Assembly (NCBI GenBank): GCA_016218805.1
Contig: JACRCW010000065.1
Coordinates: 94,040-158,039 of the forward strand
Length of the DNA: 64,000 nt
Source: Deltaproteobacteria bacterium
GTDB taxonomy: Bacteria > Myxococcota > JACRCW01
Direction: 5' to 3'
Under the pieces are notes generated by a model. That model did no database searches. It saw only the letters and a program-made list of their open reading frames with translations, and was not told where the DNA came from. The stretch's first letter is position 1. Each line of letters opens with the position of its first letter. Shown one piece after another: positions 40,236 to 49,000 of this stretch. Made by a program: the position numbers and the translations under genes.

Positions 40236-43200
40236 GTGCGCCACGCGCTGCTGCTGCTCCCCTTTGCTTTCGCCTCGTCGTCCGCGCTTGCGGTGGTGGG
40301 GGCCACCGAAGCCACCCACGCCAACACCCGCGGCCACGAGCACCTGGACGCGCTCAAGGTCATCCGCGGCGCCCGGACGGCGGACAAGGTGGTGACGGTG
40401 ACCGCGGAGGCGGGGGAGGGCTGGACCGCCACGGCCATTGGCGGGTTCCTGTCCGTCTCACCGTCCACACACCAGTCCGGACCGGGGCGGGTGACGGTGT
40501 CATTCAGCACGGAGACGTTGACCGGCAACGGGCCGTTCACCGGTGAAGTGGTCATCACGCCGGACACCGGCAGCGCGGTGCTCCTCCCCGTCAACCTGGA
40601 CGTCTGGCCGCGGGACCTGAGTGACCTCACGCCCGCGCAGACGCGCGACCGCGCGTTCTGGGTCTCCGACGGAGACTTTGGTGGAAGCTGGGAGCTGTGG
40701 GGCTTCCTCCCCGACGACACCAGCCATCCCGGCGAGAACGCGGGCGCGCTGCTTGACGCGCCCGAGCGCACGCCGTGCACGGGCGGGAGCATGACGGGCT
40801 GCACGCGCGCGGGCCAGGCCGGGCTGGCCGCGGGTCAGAGTGCGGACCGCGCGTGGATGCTGTCGCGCGGGGACCCGCGCGTGATGGTGGCGGTGCTGGA
40901 CTCGGGCATCCGCTGGCACGAACGCGCGCTCATCGACAAGGCGTACCTGAACGCGCGCGAGCTGGCGGTGTGTCCGCCGCCGGGCGCCACCGCCGCCAGC
41001 CCGGCCACGTTTGACGTGAACCATGACGGTGTCTTCAACGTGCGCGACTACGACTGGGCGGACCCGGCGTACGCCGACGTCAACGGCAACGGCCGGCTGG
41101 ACCCGCAGGACCTCATCCACGGCCACAACCCTGCCAACAACACGCCGTGTTCGGATGACGTGGATGATGACCTGAACGGTTACGTGGATGACATCTCCGG
41201 CTGGGACTTCTTCTGGAATGACAACGATCCTTCCGACGACACCGACTACGGCCACGGCACCGGCGAGGCCAAGGACAGCGTGGCGCAGGGCCACGATGAC
41301 ACCGGTGCGGTGGGCATCTGCATGCGCTGCACGCTGCTCAACGTGCGCGTGGGTGACAGCTTCATGGCGGACATCAACCAATTCGCCGAAGGCGTGGCGT
41401 TTTCCGTGGACAGCGGTGCCAGCGTGGTGCAGGAAGCGCTGGGCACGGTGAACAACACGCCGTTCGCGCAGCAGGCCATCACGTACGCCTGGGAGCACAA
41501 CGTGCTCGTCGTGGGGTCGGCGGCGGATGAGACCTCGCGCCACCACAACTACCCGGCCAACCTGGACCACCTCATCAACGTCCACGCCGTCCTGTACGAC
41601 ACCGACGGGCAGCCCGGCGGCTGGCGCCGGGCGACCACGTTCCTCAACTTCAACAACTGCACCAACTACGGCGGCCACCTGCAGCTCTCCACGCCGGGCG
41701 GCGGCTGTTCGTCGGAGGCCACGGGCAAGACCAGCGGGCAGACGGGGCTGCTGTACAGCTACTACCGGCAACTGCAGGACGGGGCGGACACGTATTACGA
41801 CATTCCGCTCACCGCCGCGGAGGCCTTCCAAGTGCTGATCGGTTCCGCGGATGACATTGACGTGGAGGGAGCCGAAGCCGACCCGGGCGCGTTGTCCCTC
41901 AAGAAGTACGTCTCCAATGAGGGCTGGGACGAGGCTTTTGGCTACGGCCGCAACAATGCGCGCCGCATGCTGGAGATGGTCCGGGACCGCAGGATTCCGC
42001 CCGAGGCGTACATTGAGAGTCCGAAGTTCTTTGAGCAGTTTGATCCGGACGTCACCCCGCAGATTGCCATTGCCATCACGGTGGGGAACCGGCGCTTTGA
42101 CAGCGTGGCGTGGAAGGTGGAGGCGGCGCCGGGCGTGGCGCCGCGCGAGACGGACTTTGTGCCGGTGGGGGACGGCACGCACGCGCAGGCGGGCACGCTG
42201 ACCACCACGGTGAACATGTCCGCCAGCCTGATCCCGCGCCCGGATGTGCCGTCAGCGGACGTGGACGCCTACACGGTGACGCTGCGCCTGACGGCGACGG
42301 GTACCCAGGGCACGGACACGGTGCGCGGGGAATTCCGCAAGACCATCAGCGTGCGCAAGGACCCGCAGCGGCGGCGCGCGCTGGCGCTGGACCTCAACGC
42401 ATCCGGTGAGGCGTCACCCCGGTTCTCTGACGTGGACGGCGACGGCAGGGACGAGCTGGTGCTGGCCGTTTCCGACGGGCGGGTCCACGCATTCCGCGCG
42501 GACGGCAGCGAACTGCCGGGCTGGCCGGTGAAGCTCAACCACTACCGCTCCTTCAGTGATGAAACCTGCACCGCGGCGGATGCGCCCACGCGGCGCCGCT
42601 GCCACCGCAGCGCGCCCGCGTACCAGCAGATTGACGTGACGGACCTGCGCTCCGCCACCGTGTCCGCCGCCTCGCTGGCGGACCTGGACGGCGACGGCGC
42701 ACCGGAGAAGGACGTGGTGGTGAGCGACCTGGACGGGTACGTGTACGCGTTCAGCGCGGCGGGCCAGCTGCTGCCCGGTTTTCCGGTGCACATGAACCCG
42801 GACCACGTCAGCGAGTTCATCTGGGGCAAGTACGTCCCCACCGAGGAGCGCTTTGCGGAGCAGGGCTTCTTTGCGCAGCCGGTGCTGGTGGACATGGACG
42901 GTGACGGGGACCTGGAGATTGTGCTCAGCGGCATGGACCAGTGGGTGTACGCGTGGAACCACGACGGCACAGAGGTGAACGGTTGGCCGGTGCATGTGGA
43001 GAACACCGAGGTGCCGGTGGGCCGCAACGGCCGTTTCAATGAGCGCATCATTGCGCCCGTCACGGTGGCGTTCCTGGATGACGACGAGCTGCCGGAGCTG
43101 GTGGTGGGCACCGAGGAGATCATCAACAACACGTCGTCCTCCTACCTGTACGCATTGGACCACCGCGGGAACGCGGCCCCGGGCGGCGCGTTCATGCCGG

Positions 43201-44117
43201 GCTGGCCCACCATGCTCAACGGGTTTGTGAATGACGTGCTGCCCTACGTGGGCAAGGGCATGCCCAACGCGGTGGCCGCGGCGGACCTGGACGGTGACGG
43301 CAAGGATGAGGTCATGGCGGCCAGCATGGGCGGCCCGGTGATGAAGCTGGACGGGCAGGCGCGGCCGTTTGGCCTTGTGCAGGCCACCGAAGGGAGCCGC
43401 GAGTACTTTGGTCCCGCGGCCAACACGACGGAGAACGTGGTGGCTTCGCTCATCAACAACCCCACGGTGGCGGACCTGGACCAGGACGGGATGCTGGACG
43501 TCATCAACGGCACGGCGGGGCTGCAGCTGGCCGGTGCGGCGGAGAGCGGCGGCCAGCGCATCCCGTTCCAGCACAGCGTGTCCGCGTGGAATCTGGAGAG
43601 CGGCTACCAGCTGGATGGTTTCCCGCAGGTGGTGGAGGACTACCAGTTCTTCATGAACTACGCGGTGGGTGATATTGACGGTGACGGCGCGCATGAGGCG
43701 GTGATGGGATCCGGCGTGTACCTGGTGCACGCGTTCAACCCGCAGGGCGAGGAGCCCGAGGGCTGGCCCAAGAACACGCATGGCTGGGTGATCACCACGC
43801 CCGCCCTGGGCGATCTGGATGGCGACAACAAGATGGAGGTTGCCGTCAACACGCGTGAGGGGTGGCTGTTTGTGTGGGACATGCCCGGCACCGTGCAACG
43901 CGCCAACTCCGGCGCGCCCAACCCCATCCAGTGGCCCGGTTATCACCACGACGAGCGCAACACCGGCAACATCCGCACAGCGCTGCAGGACTACGGCATG
44001 CCCCACGGGCTCGGTTTGGCGCCCTGCGGGTGCCGGTCGTCGTCGTCATCGGACGCGCCGCTGGCGTGGACGCTGCTGGGGTTGGCCGCGCTGGTGTGGC
44101 GGCGGCGGAGGCGCTGA
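40236..44117 (+). CDS. S8 subtilase-like protein with FG-GAP/VCBS repeats and a MYXO-CTERM tail
   Basis: VAVLDSG (Asp), GHGTG (His), GCSSEATG (atypical Ser region); many DxDGDG repeats; C-terminal CGC-TM-RRRRR. Confidence 0.82.
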   Translation: MRHALLLLPFAFASSSALAVVGATEATHANTRGHEHLDALKVIRGARTADKVVTVTAEAGEGWTATAIGGFLSVSPSTHQSGPGRVTVSFSTETLTGNGPFTGEVVITPDTGSAVLLPVNLDVWPRDLSDLTPAQTRDRAFWVSDGDFGGSWELWGFLPDDTSHPGENAGALLDAPERTPCTGGSMTGCTRAGQAGLAAGQSADRAWMLSRGDPRVMVAVLDSGIRWHERALIDKAYLNARELAVCPPPGATAASPATFDVNHDGVFNVRDYDWADPAYADVNGNGRLDPQDLIHGHNPANNTPCSDDVDDDLNGYVDDISGWDFFWNDNDPSDDTDYGHGTGEAKDSVAQGHDDTGAVGICMRCTLLNVRVGDSFMADINQFAEGVAFSVDSGASVVQEALGTVNNTPFAQQAITYAWEHNVLVVGSAADETSRHHNYPANLDHLINVHAVLYDTDGQPGGWRRATTFLNFNNCTNYGGHLQLSTPGGGCSSEATGKTSGQTGLLYSYYRQLQDGADTYYDIPLTAAEAFQVLIGSADDIDVEGAEADPGALSLKKYVSNEGWDEAFGYGRNNARRMLEMVRDRRIPPEAYIESPKFFEQFDPDVTPQIAIAITVGNRRFDSVAWKVEAAPGVAPRETDFVPVGDGTHAQAGTLTTTVNMSASLIPRPDVPSADVDAYTVTLRLTATGTQGTDTVRGEFRKTISVRKDPQRRRALALDLNASGEASPRFSDVDGDGRDELVLAVSDGRVHAFRADGSELPGWPVKLNHYRSFSDETCTAADAPTRRRCHRSAPAYQQIDVTDLRSATVSAASLADLDGDGAPEKDVVVSDLDGYVYAFSAAGQLLPGFPVHMNPDHVSEFIWGKYVPTEERFAEQGFFAQPVLVDMDGDGDLEIVLSGMDQWVYAWNHDGTEVNGWPVHVENTEVPVGRNGRFNERIIAPVTVAFLDDDELPELVVGTEEIINNTSSSYLYALDHRGNAAPGGAFMPGWPTMLNGFVNDVLPYVGKGMPNAVAAADLDGDGKDEVMAASMGGPVMKLDGQARPFGLVQATEGSREYFGPAANTTENVVASLINNPTVADLDQDGMLDVINGTAGLQLAGAAESGGQRIPFQHSVSAWNLESGYQLDGFPQVVEDYQFFMNYAVGDIDGDGAHEAVMGSGVYLVHAFNPQGEEPEGWPKNTHGWVITTPALGDLDGDNKMEVAVNTREGWLFVWDMPGTVQRANSGAPNPIQWPGYHHDERNTGNIRTALQDYGMPHGLGLAPCGCRSSSSSDAPLAWTLLGLAALVWRRRRR

Positions 44118-44755
44118 TGCGGCGGGGCCTTGCAGTCCTGGGGACCGCCGCGTGGGTGCTGGCCGGCAGCTGCGGGAATGTGGATCCCAACCGGCCGGAT
44201 CACGTGGTGGTGGAGCACAGCGAGAGCGTGGATATCCCGGGCGGCCCCAGCCTGGGCATCCTGGCGCCGGACGGGCTCAACCCCGCGAATGCCGGCGGCG
44301 GCCTCACGCGCGCGCTGTCCTCCACGCTGTCCAACCAGGGCGTGTCCAAGGGTGACGTGAAGAACGTGTCACTCACCCAGTTGCACCTGGCGGTGACCGC
44401 GCCGCTGCGCAACGGCGCGCCCATCCAGGATCTGCGGTTCCTGGACCGGCTCACCATGACCATGTCCGCGGAGGGACTGCCGGACGTCGTCGTCGCGGAG
44501 AGCCTGCCCGCCGCGGGCGGCGACGGGGGGACGCAGTCACCGACGTTTGGTCCGGGCGTGTTTGCAGTGGACATTCCGCCGGTGCCCGGGTTGGACCTCA
44601 AGGACTACGTCACCCAGGACGCCATGACCGTGAAGGTGGAGGTCACCGCCAACGGACGCCCCGCGCTCAGCTGCACCGTGCAGTTCACCGTGAAACTGGA
44701 CGCGCAGTTGAATCCCGTTGGCGCTGCCGCCAACCGGTTGCCGTTCTTGCCGTGA
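44117..44755 (+). CDS. Hypothetical lipoprotein
   Basis: ATG overlaps the S8 gene stop; lipobox-like AGSC; beta-rich sequence. Confidence 0.72.
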   Translation: MRRGLAVLGTAAWVLAGSCGNVDPNRPDHVVVEHSESVDIPGGPSLGILAPDGLNPANAGGGLTRALSSTLSNQGVSKGDVKNVSLTQLHLAVTAPLRNGAPIQDLRFLDRLTMTMSAEGLPDVVVAESLPAAGGDGGTQSPTFGPGVFAVDIPPVPGLDLKDYVTQDAMTVKVEVTANGRPALSCTVQFTVKLDAQLNPVGAAANRLPFLP

Positions 44756-44826
44756 CGCGCGCCCGCGCCCGCGGCCCAGGCGCCTTTTCCCGACGAGCTT
44801 GACCACCGCCCGGCGCAATCCACATC

Positions 44827-45378
44827 ATGCGTCGGGGTGACGTCATGGGCGCGCTGACCGCCGTTCCGTTCCTGCTTGCATCCGTGATGGCGGCGGCCGC
44901 CGCGGAGAGCCACCGCCCGGCCGTGCTGGTCTTCCACGTGGACGCGGGGCCGGGCGCGTCCCCACAAGCCGGGCAGGACCTGGGTGATGCGGTGCTGCAG
45001 GTCACCCGCGGCTCGGAGGCGTTTGGGCGCGTGATCAGCCTGCAGGAGTTGGCGTCCGTGGTCCCGCCGGACGAGATGAAGCGGATGGGGTCCTGTACGG
45101 ACGTGTGCGGCGGCGAACTGGCGGACAGCACCGGGGCGGACTGGGTCATCACCGCCGAGGTGACCAGGAACGGACAGGCGTCCACGTTGGTGCTGCGCCT
45201 GTTTCTGGCGCGCGGCGGGAGTGCGTTTGTCGCCCGCGCGCCGCTCGGCCGCGCCGCAGGAGCCGCGTTGGCGGGTCCCGTGCGGTCGGCGCTCGCTGAC
45301 GTGCTGGGCCAGGCGAAGCTCACCGGCGTGTCCGCGCGCCCCGCGTCCGGACCCACGCCGCCGGCCCGGCCCCGCTAG
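44827..45378 (+). CDS. Exported hypothetical protein
   Basis: Signal peptide; CxxxC..ELA...GAD pattern reminiscent of myxobacterial periplasmic alpha/beta domains. Confidence 0.6.
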   Translation: MRRGDVMGALTAVPFLLASVMAAAAAESHRPAVLVFHVDAGPGASPQAGQDLGDAVLQVTRGSEAFGRVISLQELASVVPPDEMKRMGSCTDVCGGELADSTGADWVITAEVTRNGQASTLVLRLFLARGGSAFVARAPLGRAAGAALAGPVRSALADVLGQAKLTGVSARPASGPTPPARPR

Positions 45379-45431
45379 CCACCGTCTTCCACGACGAGAA
45401 TCCCCGGCGGCCGCCTGGTCCGGCAACACCA

Positions 45432-46007
45432 TCACGACCAGAAGTGCTCGCCGGGGCGGGGCAGGTACATGCCGGTGGTGCGCGCATACGCCGCGTACTC
45501 CTCAGCCAGGTCACTGGCGCGGAACTTCCGTTCCTCGTGGAGCGCGGCCGCGTGGAACACCGCCAGCACCAGCGCCGTGGGCACCAGCAGCCACGGCTCG
45601 CCCGTGACGACGACGCCCGCGACGTAGGACAGCGCGTAGCTGGTGTAGAAGGGATGCCGCACGTACGCGTACGGGCCGTCGCGCTGGACGTGCCGCGGCA
45701 CGTCCCCGCTGAACGCAATGCTCAGCCGGGTCCGGCGTGTGGTCACGGCGCACCAGGCGAACAGCGCCGCGGACAGCGTCAGCAGCACCAGGCCCGCCGC
45801 TGCCGCGCCCGTCCCCGGCGGGCCGGAGACCGCCAGCGCCGCGCACACGGCGACGTTGGCGGTCACCACGGCAGCGCGCACGGCCCACAACGCGCGCGGC
45901 ACGCCTTGCGGCATGGTGAACACGCGGAACACGCCCACCGCCACGACGAGGTAGGTGGCCGCGAACAGTCCGAGCGTGAGCGCGTGCAGGGCCTCCACGC
46001 CCGTCAC
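45432..46007 (-). CDS. Isoprenylcysteine carboxyl methyltransferase / PEMT family membrane methyltransferase
   Basis: GTG overlaps the upstream TGA; several TM helices; GPYAYVRHPFY, EER, YAAY. Confidence 0.88.
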   Translation of the reverse strand: MTGVEALHALTLGLFAATYLVVAVGVFRVFTMPQGVPRALWAVRAAVVTANVAVCAALAVSGPPGTGAAAAGLVLLTLSAALFAWCAVTTRRTRLSIAFSGDVPRHVQRDGPYAYVRHPFYTSYALSYVAGVVVTGEPWLLVPTALVLAVFHAAALHEERKFRASDLAEEYAAYARTTGMYLPRPGEHFWS

Positions 46008-49000
46008 TCCTCCGTCACCAGGCGGCCGAACAACCCCAGCCCGGCGGCGAGCTCGTCGAGCGCTTCGATGTTCTCGCGGCGGATCCGGCCGGTGAGCTCC
46101 ATCTGCTGCTCCGCCAGCGCGGCGAGCAGGCCTTCCGCCGCGCACGCGAACAGCGTCCCCGGGGCCGTGTACGGGCTGAACCGGAAGCGGGGGTCCCGCG
46201 GCAGTGCCACCAGCCCGGCACCCACGACGCGGGCGTTGCGGCGCTCACGCGCGAGGCGCGGGGCGGTGGCCCGCGGCTGCGAGACGTCCACCACCAGCAC
46301 GGGCCGTTCCGCGGCCAGGTGCTCCGCGCGGATGACCGGCTCCGGGCTGCTCACGGCCGCGACGACCACGTCCGCGTGCTCCAGGTCCAACATGTGCGTG
46401 GACCATGCGGCCTCCACGCCGTCAGCCCGAAGCTGCGCCGCGCGCTCCTCCAGCCGCGCTTCCGAACCCGGCCGCCCGACCAGCAGGACAGAGCGGCCCA
46501 GCGCCCGCCGCCCCGCGAGAAGCTCCACCACGGCGGACCCGATGTTGCCCAACGCACCGACGACGGCGATGCGCGCGGCCTGCGGGTGTCCGCGCTCAAG
46601 GCTCATCCCGGCTTCCGCGGCGAGCTTGCGCACCTGCCGGACCAGCACCGCCGTGGTGAACGAGTTGCCGGAGACCACGCGCGTGCCCGGTGGCGGGGCC
46701 AGCAGCGTCCCGTCCCGGGACACCACGCTGGTGTGCCCGCCCAGCGCGACGACGCCGCAGCCGTGGCGCCGTGCGATGTCCGCCGCGTCCTGCAGGCGGT
46801 CCAGCAGGAAGTCACCGCGCCCGTCTGCGCGCAGGTGCTGCATCTCCGCCGCGGTCACCGGCAGCGTGATGGTCAGCAGCCAGGCGCGGCCGTCAAACAG
46901 GTTGGCGGACGACGTCACCAGCGGCTCCAGGCCGCACAGGACCTGGAAGCGGCGCACCAGCTCCAGGCGCCGGGCGGTGCCCAGCGCCGCCAGCGACGGG
47001 GAGTCGCCCACCAGTTCGCGCGTGGGATGGATGAAGTGGTGCACGAACGCGACCCGGCGCGCACCCTCCGCCGCGGGCTGCCGCTCCGTGCGGAAGGCGG
47101 ACAAGCGCCGTTCCCGGGAGGGCCGGCGGGTGGCCGCCGGCGCATGCCCCGCCAGGTGCGCCGTGAGTTCCAGCAGGTCTGCGCCCGCCAGGGCCGCTGC
47201 CAGGGCGCGGAATGCACGCGCGGTCCACTCCACCTCCGCGTCGCGCAGGAACGCGGAGGGTTCCACGCGCAGCACGTCCGGCGCGGACGTCGTTGGCAGC
47301 ACGCGCACGCGGTGGCGGTGCAGCAGGTAGGAGGCGGCCAGATGGCCCAGGCCGCGCGCGGCAATCGCCTCCAGGATGGCTGACCCGGCGGCGCGCGGGA
47401 CGCGCAACTCCACGCCCAGCAACAGGCCCCGGCCGCGCACCGCCACCACCGCGTCGGGGTGGTCCCGGTGCACGTCCTCCAGGACCGCGCGCAGCCGTTC
47501 GCCCGCGCGGCGTGCGCGGCCCGGCACGTCCTCGCGGTCCATCACGCGGAGGACCGCCATCCCCACGGTCGATGAGAAGGAGTCCTCGCCGTAGGTCGTG
47601 GCGCGGTGTTCATCCATCGCCTCCACGTAATGCGCCCGGTCCACAAGGAGCGCGGCGAGCTTGGCCACGCCGCCGCCCAGTGACTTGCCGAGCAACAGGC
47701 AGTCCGGCACCACCCGCGCGCCGGCGGGGTCGGCGCAGGCCAGAAACGTCCCGGTGCGGCCCATCCCGCACTGGATCTCGTCCAGGATGAAGGGGACACC
47801 CGGCAAGCGCAGCTGCGCAAGCCACTCGGGCGGGACCTCCACGACGCCGCCTTCACCCTGCACGGGTTCCGCGATGGTCGCCAGCACGTCCAGAAACGGG
47901 AGCCCGACGCGGGACACGCCGCCCGGACCGGTGACCAGGCCGTGCAGCCGCACCGTCTCGTGGGCCACGGTCTGGGCCAGGCGGGTCCGGGCCTCGTCGG
48001 TTCCGCGGGGGTCCAGGAACACCGTGCGCACGCCCAACAGCGCCGTGAACGGGGCGCGGTGCTCGTCGGAGCCGGTGGCCAGCAGCGCGCCCAGGGAGCG
48101 GCCGTGGAAGCCGCGCTGGAGGGCGATGACCACGGGACTCCGCCCCTGTAGGACGGACCGGTTGTGCGCGGTGACCTCGTCGACGAGCGCGCGTGGCGCG
48201 CCCCCGTGGCGCCAGCCCCGTTCCAGCGCCGCCAGCCTCGCGGCCCGGTGCAGCGCGGCGTGTTTGAGTGCCAGGTCCGTCGCCTCGGCACCCGTTGAGA
48301 CCGGGCACACCACCCAGCGCCGCCCGGTCTCTCGCCCCACGCGGCGGGCCAGCGCCTCGGCAAACCGCGTCGTCGCGGGGCGGGCTGAGAACTGGTCCAG
48401 CACGGGCACGCCTTCCAGCGCCTGCCGCGCCGCCGCCAGGACCTCGGGGTGGCCGTGGCCCAGCAGGTTGGCGCCGTACCCGCCGGCCAGGTCCAGCACC
48501 GGCTCGTCGTCACCCGCGCGGAACAGCAGGTCGCCTTCGCCGCGCGCATACGCCACGTCCAGGCCGGCTGCTGCCACCCGGGGGGCGACGCCCGGGTGCA
48601 GGAAGCGGGCGCGTGTGCCCGCGCCGGACTCCGGTGCGGGGATCCGTACGACGTGGGGATGGCACGCACCCGGAGCGCGGGCCGCGTCCAGCAGCGCGGC
48701 GTGCTCACGCTCCGCGCGTGCGTGGTCCGGTTTGCCGGGGCCGCGCAGCGGGACGCCGCCACGCACCAGTGCGACGGCATGGATGCGCGCGTGCAGGAGC
48801 GAGGTGTCGACCTCGGCACGCTGGGCACAGGCCTCGCGCACGCGCTCCTGCAGCCCCGGGTCCGCGGGGTCACCATCCACAAATGCCAGCCCCACCAGGC
48901 CGGCGTTTGCCGCGTCCGGGAACGCCAGCAGGCCGAGCACCTCGGGGAGCTGCGCGGCGTGTTCGCGCTCCACGGCGGCGCGCACGGCCTTCACCCCCAG

